Assembly (NCBI RefSeq): GCF_006345805.1 | Contig: NC_042998.1 | Coordinates: 168,454,001 to 168,518,000 of the forward strand | From: Octopus sinensis | Taxonomy: Eukaryota | Length of the DNA stretch: 64,000 nucleotides | Reading direction: 5' to 3' | Shown here: positions 11,645 through 22,299 of the stretch, in pieces | How the letters are laid out: each line of letters begins with the position of its first letter | How positions within the stretch are numbered: the first letter of the stretch is position 1 | Translations under genes and position numbers: made by a program | Notes under the pieces: model-generated | Told to the model about the DNA's origin: nothing | What the model saw: the letters and a program-made list of their open reading frames with translations, nothing else | Database searches by the model: none

Positions 11645-11849
11645 AAAATTAAACGGAAAACAACCCAGAATCCTTGTTCGGTAGCCGATCGATCCCAAAA
11701 TCTAATCAATTCATCCCATTCACGAGGCCAAACAAAGATCCCTGAAAGTTTCATCTGAATCTATCCAGTGGTTCTTAAAATATCTTGTCCACGGACAAAC
11801 AAACAAACGCGACTGAAAGCAATACCTCCGCCTTCGCAAAGGCAGAGGT

Positions 11850-11851
<2 letters not shown>
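11645..11851 (+). mobile_element. Non-autonomous Helitron/Helentron-like element, 3' part
   Basis: Ends with the hairpin ACCTCCGCC-TTCGCAAA-GGCAGAGGT-AAC after an ACGGACAAACAAAC tract. Confidence 0.5.
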
Positions 11852-11902
<51 letters not shown>

Positions 11903-12237
11903 GAGGCATTACTCGTTTCATTGACCTTCGTATTTAAATGGTACTTTATTGACTGAGGATTTGAACTCAGAACGTAAAGATCCCAAATAAATTCTGCAAA
12001 GCATTTTATCTGAGGCTATAACAATTCTGCCAATTCTGCACCGTATAATAATTTTCAATGTAGGCAAAAGGCCAGCAGTTTTGTAACATGGTTATTTATA
12101 TGCTTAAGATATTAATACATTGCATTATTCTTAGTCAAATCAGCGTGAGGGTTCCAACAAAGTCCTTCGACGAATTGGAGATAGCAGTTACCTCTCCCTC
12201 AAGTCACACTCTGCCATCTCAATATATATATATATAT

Positions 12238-12634
12238 ACTAGCAGTATCGCCCGGCGTTGCTCGGATTTGTAAGGGAAATAACTATATAAGCATTTTTAG
12301 AGATGTAAAGTATAATAGCCATCTCAATATGGCTAACTACAAAGGGGGGTGTTACTGTAGCTTTTTACGTTCTGAGATTTAATAATACATTTTTAGAGAG
12401 TTACTTCCCTTGTATAATAGCAAAAAAATGCATTAAAAATGGGAAAAAATGATGGTAAATTTTTTTTTAAATCGTAGACTCATCGTAGATGCGCGCTAAT
12501 ACCCAGAAGGGCTTGATATGAATCACGACTATAAGATACCCGCTTTTGGTTACACTGCACCGCAAAATGTGGGAGTAGTTAGGAATCTAAATCGTAGGAG
12601 ACAGACACACAACCTTATTTTTATATATAAAGAT
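12238..12634 (+). mobile_element. Helentron-associated (HINE/DINE-1-like) element in (AT)n
   Basis: Starts ACTAGCAGTATCGCCCGGCGTTGCTCGG and ends TTTTATATATAAAGAT. A close copy lies at 58108-58498 (-). Confidence 0.7.
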
Positions 12635-12680
12635 ATATATATATATATATACAAAATTTAGAGGACTGACCACTAAAAGT

Positions 12681-12882
12681 GGACAGCCTATATGCTAAAC
12701 ATAAACGTCAAATCGCCATTACCACGAAGAATGTGTTCTCTAGAACACAGTTTTTTATTTCGTATATTTTCATTTGTCTTGCTTTTTTTTTACATTTTGT
12801 TTTTTTTGCTGACATTTTTCTTGAGAACACATTCTTCGTGGTAATGGTGATTTGACATCTATGTTCAGTATATAGGCTATCC
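12681..12882. mobile_element. MITE-like fold-back element (~60-bp imperfect inverted arms)
   Basis: GGACAGCCTATATGCT...GAAGAATGTGTTCTC mirrored by GAGAACACATTCTTC...TATATAGGCTATCC. Confidence 0.7.
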
Positions 12883-13445
12883 CTGAAAATAAGATGGAAT
12901 GACCACGATTGGAATATCTCCACTCATAAAATCAGCGCTTAACGACAACAATAACAAACCATCGTAGTTAACAGGAAAAAATAAATAAGACTTACATCAC
13001 TCAGTTTAAACAAGCCATTTAGAAATAACAGAGCTGAGATCTTTCAATAGTTACTTCAGATTATTTAATACAGGCGCAAACCAATAAGCATACAAAGAAA
13101 AACGTTTGACTGGAGTATTTTAAGGTACGGGGACGCTGCCCAGATAATTATCTAAGGAAGATAACTCATTTTAAATTCAAATTTATTACAAGGGGAATAA
13201 CTTCCATTTGACGTATGGTAAGGGAGGTAAATGCTTCTATTATTTAATATTTGTGTTTGTAAATTTCGATATCTCAACGAATTGAAAGTTATTTGTACTA
13301 ATCAATGATTTTCACAGATACTATAAGATTTGTTTTTAGCTTTTTTTTTTTTTTTTTACATATAAACAACACGTGGGGAAAAAAAAGGTTCCAATGATAT
13401 TTTAGAAACGGTTTAGAGTTTCCATTAATAACATGACATCAACAA

Positions 13446-14080
13446 AGGCGGCGAACTGGCAGAATCGTTAGCACGCCGGGCGAAATGCGTAGCCGTATTT
13501 CGTCTACTGTTACGATCTGAGTTCAAATTCCGCCGAGGTCGACTTTGCCTTTCATTCTTTCGGGTTCGATAAATTAAGTACTAGTTACGCACTGGGGTCG
13601 ATATAATCGACTTAATCCGTCTGTCTGTCCTTTTTGTCTCCTCTGTGTTTAGCCCCTTGTGGGTAGTAAAGAAATAGTTATTTCATCTGCCGCTACGTTC
13701 TGAGTTCAAATTCCACCGAGGTCGACTTTGCCTTTCATCCTTTCGGGGTCGATAAATTACGTACCAGTTACATACGAGGGTCGATGTAATCGACTTAATC
13801 TCTTTGTCTATCCTTGTTTGTCCCCTCGATGTTTAGCCCTTTGTGGGCAATTAAGGAATAAGAAACATTAGTAGGTTGGGCGGAAATGCTTAGCTGTAAT
13901 TCGTCTTTCTTTACGTTCTGAATTCAAATTCCGCGGAGGTGGACTTTGCCTTTCATTCTTTCGAGGTCGATATATTAAGTACCAGTTACGCACTGGGGTT
14001 GATATAGTCGACTTAATGCCTTTGTCTGTCGTTGATTGTCCATTCTATGCTTAGTCCTCTGCGGGCAATAAAGAAATAAA
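13446..14080 (+). mobile_element. Head-to-tail trimer of SINE family A, CpG-intact
   Basis: A box TGGCAGAATCG, B box GAGTTCAAATTCC, core GTCGACTTTGCCTTTCATCCTTTCGGGGTCGATAAATTAAGTACCAG; three units. Confidence 0.9.
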
Positions 14081-14385
14081 TAACATGACAACATATAAAT
14101 AAAACATATATATTATAGAAGCTATGAATGTAATATTTTAAGTAATAGCTTAGATGACTGTAAACCATATGACTAATATATATATTAAGTTTTGTGGTTT
14201 TGTACCCGCCTTTATTGTTTAATTAACCATGTTAGTTATAAGCACTCCAAATGGTTTACAAAAAAAACAGAAGCCTAACATATTCGTGTAACAAGCTATA
14301 AATATGAAGTTTATGTTAAAATTATTCTATGCTTTAGTTATAAATAATTCAGAGTGTATGCATATAAAACATATTCGTTTTGATT

Positions 14386-14792
14386 ACCCACAGGGGGCTA
14401 AACATGGAGGTGACAAACAAAGACAGACAAAGGCATTAAGTGATTACATCGACCCCAGTGCGTAACTAGTACTTAATTTATCGACCCCGAAAGGATGAAA
14501 GGCAAAGTCGACCTCGGTGGAATTTGAACTCAGAACGTAGCGGCAGATGAAATAACTATTTCTTTACTACCCACAAGGGGCTAAACACAGAGGAGACAAA
14601 AAGGACAGACAGACGGATTAAGTCGATTATATCGACCCCAGTGCGTAACTAGTACTTAATTTATCGACCCCGAAAGGATGAAAGGCAAAGTCGACCTCGG
14701 TGGAATTTGAACTCAGAACGTACCGGCAGACGAAATACCGCTAAATATTTCGCCCGGCGTGCTAACGGGCTTTTTCAACTCGCCACCTTCAA
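14386..14792 (-). mobile_element. Head-to-tail dimer of SINE family A
   Basis: Reverse complement of family A, two units. Confidence 0.9.
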
Positions 14793-14829
14793 ATGCATAT
14801 AAAACATATTATTAGCTCATTACCATCCT

Positions 14830-15115
14830 CTTACTGGTTTTGTGAGCCTGTGATGACCATAGGAAGGGCGCAACTCCTTCATCTATGTGCTCCTGCCCAC
14901 AAAGCTACATTTTATGCCCTTTACTTGTTTCAATCATAGGACTGCAGACTTGCTGGGGCACCGCTTTGGAGTGTTTAGTCGAACAAATCCACCCCCAGTA
15001 CTTATATAAAGCCTGGTACTTGTTGTATGAGTCTAATTTTGCCGAACCGCTAGGTTACAGCGACGTAAACAAACCAACGCCGGTTGTCAAGCAGAGGCAG
15101 AAGACCAACAGAAAG
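14830..15115 (-). mobile_element. 3' half of a SINE family B copy (its head is at 20432-20585)
   Basis: GCTTGACAACCGGCGTTGGTTTGTTTACGTCGCTGTAACCTAGCGGTTCGGCAAAA on minus matches the family B tail (cf. 48000-48160, 53160-53345). Confidence 0.7.
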
Positions 15116-15376
15116 TCACACACACACACGCACACATACATGCACACACTCGTACATGCATATATGCACACATACATATATGCATATACATACACACACA
15201 CGCATACACACATATACACATACACACATATACACATACATACATTCGCACGTACATGCATACATGCATGCATACATACGTACGTACATACATACATACA
15301 TACATACATACATACACACACATACACACACATACATACATACATACATACATACATACATACATACATACATACA

Positions 15377-15995
15377 TGATAGCTGCAAACTCGTGATCGA
15401 GTAATGCCATCACATGATCGAAAGTCCCACGCATGCGAAGGCTAAGACCAGCCATTTTTTATAGGTCTCACTTTTTTCAAGCAATGCCTGTGCATGATAA
15501 TTTTCTTTTTTTTTATAGTGGGGAAAGGATTTGCACCAATGCAATCCCACTCTCTGAACATGGACAACATAAAACCCAAAAGAAGAACTAGTCAACATCA
15601 TGGAATATTTTCAGAGTCACAGGTTTTCTCTCAAAGTTCCCCTCTCCTTGGGAAATGCTGTGATAACAGAGGAGCCGCCCATTCCTTGTGGGGTAACCAT
15701 ACACCTGGGTACCAGGTTGATTCATGTGTCTCCTATACACCCCTCTTCTTCCTTTTAACAAGTATAGCATTTTCCTTATGCATTTGGTAATCAAGCCCCT
15801 GCATATAAATGCATACATACACATGTACACATATTGTTGGATGGCCGTTGGCTGCTGATGAGTTCTTCCTAACTTTGACATTTTTCGTTCTGCAGGGTGT
15901 CCAACAATCAACCACCTCACCAAGCTCGATGGGGCTGCCAGTTTAGTCGTCGACCCGACCACACAACAGGTTGTACTGGGTTACATGTAGCGCCC
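15377..15995 (-). mobile_element. Non-autonomous RTE-like element ('element Y') copy 1, ending in (TATG)n
   Basis: 3' half is homologous to 23700-23910 (AAAACCTG...GATGTTGACT.GTTCTTCTTTT...GAGTGGGATTG...CTCGAT.ACGAG...CATGTATG). The 5' end has an HDV-like fold. Confidence 0.65.
15938..15994 (-). ncRNA. Degenerate HDV-like self-cleaving ribozyme candidate
   Basis: Minus strand parses as P1 GGCGCTAC / P2 CCAGT / P3 ACA / L3 ACCTGT / P3' TGT / P1' GTGGTC / GG / P4 GTCGACGA / CTAA / P2' ACTGG. Confidence 0.45.
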
Positions 15996-16015
15996 AATAA
16001 ATACATGCATAATAT

Positions 16016-16184
16016 TGAAATCCAACGTCGGACTGTTATAACATCCACTCCGGTATAGTTAGTTAGACAAGTAAGACACGACTATCTATCGACCTGCTGC
16101 TCAACGTCACATTATTTGTAACGACTAACACATACCACACCACTCGTCATGTGGGAGGGGTGTTCCATTATTATCCCCATAACA
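16016..16184 (-). repeat. 3' LTR of the Gypsy element
   Basis: TGTTATGG... start on minus, directly after the PPT; homologous to 20229-20417. Confidence 0.92.
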
Positions 16185-16399
16185 TCCCTCCTTTTAAGTT
16201 TTACTTTTTTCCCAGGGAGTGTAATTTTATTTCTTTTTATTAGCAATAATTTTTACATCACCTCACATCCCTTTTTAAGTTTTATTTTTCGTACAGTTAC
16301 AAATTCAATATTTTTTCGTTTGGCATCCATTTCCAGGAACTCCGTACATTTTCCTTTCGTTTGTGCATCTGGGTTCAATTATTTGTAGTGGTGTTGGTA

Positions 16400-19200
16400 C
16401 TTGAAATATTATATTACCATTCCATTGGGTTTTCCATTTTTTTGGGTTCGCTCTCAACGAATCGTTTTTTTTTTTTAGTTGATTCAAATGTCTCTTGTAT
16501 ACCCCTTTTCTTCCTTTTACCAAGTATAGCATTTTCCCTATGCGTTTGGTAATCACACCATCTTCTCAACTCTGTTTTCCGTTCTTATATGCCCTAACAA
16601 ATACATTTTCACCAATTTTGAAATATCTTGCTCTATTATCCATTGCAATTTTTCTTTTCTTACCAAGTAGTAATTTGTCGAAGACTGATTTTATTTTCCT
16701 CGCAAACATCAGCACCGCTGATCACATGCCTGCTGGCGTGTTTGAATTTGGTGTCACCCGGTATACTCTTAAGAATTGTTGTAGAGCTGCCTCATCCGTG
16801 ACTTCCTTATTCGATTTTCTTAGGGATCTCTTGAATGCAGCGACAAAGTGTTCTGCTTGTCCGTTAGATCTGGGATGGTATAGCGCCGTAGTTACTTGTT
16901 CTACAGCGAACTTTTTACAAAACTTTTTAAGCTCAAAAGACACAAATTATGTTCCATTGTCAGATGCTTTCGTATCTGGGATGCCAAATCTCGCAAACAA
17001 CTCATGTAGAAAGTTTGTCGTAGTTGAGGAGGTTGGTCTTTTACACTTACAAATTTCAGGCCATTTAGAGAAACTATCTGCTACCACTAAGTAGTATGAA
17101 CCGTTTAAGGGACCAGTTAAATCGATATATAGTTTCAACCACGGAACATCTACTTTTGGCCAAGGTTCACTTTTTATCGTCGGTAATTTTGCTGCTAGAG
17201 TACATCCTCTGCAGCTTCTCACTAAATTTTCGATTTTTCTGTCCATTTTTGGCCATTTTTGGCCAGTACACGTAGCTACGCATTAAAGCTTTCATCTTCG
17301 AATTACCAAGATGCCCAACATGAAATTCCCTCAACATTTTTTTTGCAGTATTTGAGGTATTAATACTCTCTATCATCACAAATCGAGTCTGGGTTCACGT
17401 CTTGGCTTCGTTTCGCACCAATCCTGTTCCTATTTACTTTTCCTGTCCACAGTATTCTTTTCATTTCTGTCATGAATTTGTCCTTTTCTGCATTTCGTTT
17501 TCTGTCTTCAAGGGTTACCGGTAATTCGCGAACCACATTCCACGTTATATTTTTTGTTTCTCCTTCTTATTTTAATGCTGCGATTACTGTATCTTCGAAT
17601 GGCTCGCATTGTTTCGGTATCAGTCTGGACAAACCATCCGCATGCCCTAGTTTTTTTTTTAACGATAAATATTCCATTTTGTAATCATAATTCAATAATG
17701 TAGTACCCCATCGCTGTATTTGTTGATATTCCTTTTTTTTAGAACTGTATATAGGCAGTAGTGGGCGATGATTCGTTTGTTGGCAGAAACTTCTTACATG
17801 AATAAATCTATGGAATTTTTTTTTACACCAAATACAATTGCTAACGCTTCCTTTTCTATTTGGTAATCACGATCGTAACGCATGGGCTATGGCCTTCCTA
17901 CTCCCATCGTCATATTTGTGCAGAAACACCGCTCCTACACCGTAATTACTCGCATCTATAGCCAATATAACATCCAACTTCGGTTCAAAATGCGTTAACG
18001 ATAAGTTCGTAATTAAAATGTTTTTTAATTCGTCAAATGCTTTCTGACACTTATCCGTCCAGCACCATTCAGCATTTTTCTTACATTGTGTATATTGGGA
18101 ATATATATTTGGTAATACTTTACTAAGCACTAAAATGCTTGTCACGTTATTCGGCGTGGGCATATTTTTTTAATGCAGTTGCTCTGGAGGAATCCGGTTT
18201 CTATCTTTCTTTATCTGTTATCTGGCCTAAGTATTTACTTATTTTCAGAAAGAACTCGCATTTTTTCTTCACTTAACTTAAAACTGTATTCTCTTATCTT
18301 TTCAAATATCCTTTTTACGTGTTCTACATGTTGTTCGTGTTATTCACTTTTTATTAGGATATCGTCTAAATAGGTGATAGCAAATTCACTGTCCGCCAGC
18401 ATTGTATTTATTACTTGCTGAAGTATGAAAGGGGCCACTTTTACACTGAAGGGAAGCCACTTAAATTTAAATAAGCGTTGGTGTGTATTAGTGGCCAGTA
18501 AGTGTGAGCATTCTTCTTCTACTTAGATTTTGTAATTTTGAGAAAAATTTCCCTCCATTCGATTTTGCAAATACCTCCTGCGCAAACTATTAACTTATTG
18601 TTTTTCTTTTTTATGCAGACTATAGGTACTGCCCAATCTGAGTGGTCCGACTTCTCGATTATTCTTAGATTTTCAAGTCTCTCAAGTTCCTTATTTACCT
18701 GTTCTAGTGCCTCGAACGATACATTACGTTTTGGCTAAAAACAGGTGTTGCAATTTATTTTACTACAATTTTTGCCTTCGTTTTAGTGTAGCAGCCCAGT
18801 TCATCCGAGGACATCTGGAAATAAATGGTTTCGTTTTTCGTTTCAATCTCTCAGCCGCATTCGAACCTTCGACTGAACCGACTATATTCCCACACAAACA
18901 CTCATGCGTGTATTCCACAATTTGAACAATTCTATCCACTCTGTGCCGAATAGATTAACTGAATTTTTTAACAGATACACTTTTGCCGTTTTCAGTTGGT
19001 CACAAAATGTCACATTATACACAAATTCAACTACAAAATACAATCGTTTACCCGTAACACCACGTGCTACTTTTGTAGATTTACTTAATTTTGGCTTACC
19101 GACGTATTTCCAAGGTAATATCACTTCCAATATCTAACTGCATTTTTACTCTTATATTATCAATTTTCACATTTACGAATTTTCTCTTTGTCACATTACC
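16400..19200 (-). pseudogene. pol: Gypsy pol relic (protease-RT-RNase H-integrase), multiply frameshifted
   Basis: QLDIGSD (protease), ITYLDDILI at ~18360 (RT), DASNYGVGAV (RNase H), HVGHLG..MKALMRSYVYWP, LFARFGIP..SDNG and HPRSNGQAE (integrase). Confidence 0.92.
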
Positions 19201-20192
19201 ATTTTCTTTCGACATCTTGTTTATTCTTTTTTCTTTATTCCAACTTTTTGTCATCTTGGTTTTACAGTGCGCTTTTATGTATTCAATTTTTCCACAATGG
19301 AAACATTGTACTTTCTTAAGTGGGCAGCTTTGTCTCAAGTGCAAAACGTGATTGTTTCCTAATTTTTGTCCTGTTTCTACTGTATTTTAGTACACATTTG
19401 ATTTCTATTCTGCCTGTTTCATATTTGCTTCGCTTGTGCTCAATCTTTATGTTCAATTTTCTCTGTGTTGTGCCTTAAATTTACTATTCTGACACTTGTT
19501 GTAAAGTTACAGCTTGGTTTTGTTCCAGCTTAGCGAGAGTTCTTATTCTTACTTCTGCGTCTTTTTCTGCAGTTAGTCCCTGATTAAATATCAGGCACTT
19601 GAACATGTCTGGCGTTAACTCGTCCAGTTTGAACTTTTCACGTTCTCTGTTAACTCTACCAGCATATGTGATGTCCTCCTCGTTGTTCTTTTCTAGATTC
19701 AAACATTTCCAGCGTGTATTGAACAACTAGCTTTTCTCGCTAAAAATTTTACACAATACGTCTATTGTATTTCCAAAGTTTATGTCATAAGGTTTTCTCG
19801 GGAGGTCGTAATTGTTCTCCTGTTGCCAGTTTACTTAGGATTAGACGCGTTTTTATATCGTCGTCCCAATCTTTGCGCTCTTAATTGAAGATCTGTTCGT
19901 ATCTTCTGTAGTACGCATCGAAGTGAACTCCTTCGTCTGGTTCATACTTAAATTCCGTTATTGAGTTTGCAACATAATCTGGTGAGGACATCTTTTCCGC
20001 AGTTCTGGACGACTTGCTATTCATTAATTGTAGCATTTGTTGCTGTGATAGTAATGTTGTTGTTGTTGTTGTTTTTTCAGTCGTTGATGTTGCTGTTTTT
20101 TTCAACTCGAGCAAACAGGACAACAATTCTTCCATAACTTTTCGATTTTGTATACCGTAAAATTCGCACAAAAACTTTTGTAAGTTTCGCAA
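19096..20192 (-). pseudogene. gag: Gypsy gag relic with zinc knuckle
   Basis: FKYEPDEGVHFDAYYRRYE, LTPDMFKCLIF..GL, and CPLKKVQCFHCGKIEYIKAHC; broken across frames. Confidence 0.85.
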
Positions 20193-20228
20193 CTCCTCGT
20201 GAGTTTGTTAATTCCTCGTCACCTTTGT

Positions 20229-20417
20229 TGTAATCCAACGTCAGACTGTTATAACGTCCACACCTGTATGGCAGTATAGTTAGTTAGACAAGTAAAACCC
20301 GACTATCTATCGACCGACTACCCGACTGCTCGACGTTACGGTATTTGTTACGACTAACACATACCACTCGTCACGTGGAAGGGTTGTTCTATTATTATTA
20401 TTATTATCTCCATAACA
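20229..20417 (-). repeat. 5' LTR of the Gypsy element
   Basis: TGTTATGG...GGATTACA on minus, followed by the PBS-like motif; diverged from the 3' LTR with indels. Confidence 0.92.
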
Positions 20418-20431
20418 CATATATACATACA

Positions 20432-20585
20432 TACGAGGGACTTATTTTAGTTTCCGTTAATCAAATCCACTCACAAAGTTTTAGTCAGCCTGGAACTATA
20501 GTAGAAGACACTTGACAAAGCTACCACACAGTGGGATTAAACCCAGTATCATGGGGTTGGTAAGTAAGCTTCCTACCACGTGCCA
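20432..20585 (-). mobile_element. 5' head of the split SINE family B copy
   Basis: GTGGTAGGAAGCTTACTTACCAACC...GGGTTTAATCCCACTGTG...CAAGTGTCTTCTACTATAG on minus. Confidence 0.7.
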
Positions 20586-22299
20586 TGCTTGTCGTAATAT
20601 ATGCCAACCAAGAAACTGTATCGATGTGAAATAAGTTACACTCTTACTCTTTATTTGATAGATATGAGACCAGTAACTCAAGACGACGAGACAATAACAC
20701 ATTATATATTTTAATGACTTTGTCACAAATTACTCATTTTATTTTGTCCAACTCATTACTGTTTTAAAATTTCAATGAGATTATTAAAACATTACAAAAT
20801 ATGAATAATCGATAATGTTGCTTGAAATGTTACCATAAAGCCAGCGATTGGGGAGCAGATAGTCGATTACATCGACACCAATACTTGACTGGTACTTTAT
20901 ATTTCCGACCTTGAGAAGATGAAAGACAAAGTATACCTTTGTGGTATTTGAACTCAGAACGTAAAGAGCCAGAATGAATGACAATATTGGTTTGAAATTT
21001 TGACGCAAGTCCAGTAATTTCCAAGCTGGGAGTAAATCGATTACATTGATCCCAGATAAGTACCAGTTGAGTACTGGGGTCGGTGCAATTGACTTACTTC
21101 CTTCCCAAATTGCTGAACTTGTGCCAAAATTTGGAATCAACATAACCTACAACTCTGTATTTTAACAATCATGCTTCAACTGATAGAAGCATAATTTCAC
21201 TACATATAAATGTTCTCCAACAAACTCTGTCACGAATAAATCCTATCTTACTTGAGGAAATTAATATAAGTGGTACCAAACAGTGACATTTATGTTGTCA
21301 TATGAAGCCACTGAGGGAAAATTTCAAAATATAATGATAAGGCTTTTATTGATGGCGAGGCTCTTCCCTGTTAATACATGACTGCAGAGATAATATATCA
21401 CTATATTCTTTTAAAAACATTTTTTGTGAAAATTAATTCAGTTGTAAATCTCTAACCACAAATCTGCAAAATTTCCTCGTCACAGATTGAGAAGATAGTT
21501 CTGTGTAACAGGGTCGGTTGGAAACAGCTTAGAGCAAACAATTTAGTTTGCAAAGGGCAAATGGGGAATTCAGATTGGCTTTTTTGGAAGGATACCACCT
21601 TTTAAAATGTTAATTTGCGATGTTTATTCAATACTCCATCATTACGAATATTTAAGAGTAAATGTCAAAATATTTTTCTCTTTTCTTATTGTCTTTGCTT
21701 CCAAATGTTTACCTTTTCCGCCACAAGACAGGATTGATATACCACAAATCTGTACGTTTATCAAAAAAGTTTTCATACATGCTGAGAAGAGTTTTAATAA
21801 AACAAATTGTGTTCCATCAATGTTGGGGTTCCATTTTCTATATAACCACTAAGAAACAGTTGTATATAGTTGAGAACATTCGTAAATCTCTAGACATCAC
21901 CTAGTTCAACGACAAAAGGGTGTATTCAAGAACAGTTTGTGAGTTTGCTACCTTGTCTATGTACATGTGTATTACCTTTAATTTTTGCTGTGTAGTTTGT
22001 TGGTGAGCCAGCCAACACCAAGGAGGGCTGGTGGTTCTTTTGTTCATAACTTCTTTGAGGGAAAATAACTCCTAATAAATTTTCTCTCCGAAAACATTTT
22101 TTTGTCCAAATTGTTTAGCATAGTCGCAATTTGATAATGAGCCGGTGACAAAGAAATGGAGGATTCACACAAAGTCCCCCATTTGCTGAAAATTACTTTT
22201 GTCATTTAATGTTTACTTCTGAGGAGAGCTGGAACGTCAGTAGACAAGACTGTGGAAGACTGTTAAACAGGATCAATGTCACACCAAGTAACCAAAAAC

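Larger units (their letters stand above)
16016..20417 (-). mobile_element. Full-length decayed Ty3/Gypsy LTR retrotransposon (Mag-like)
   Basis: Two short LTRs, PBS-like GGTGACGAGG, PPT AAAAGGAGGGA, near-TSD aATAT/cATAT. Domain order gag-CCHC, protease, RT, RNase H, integrase. Confidence 0.95.
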
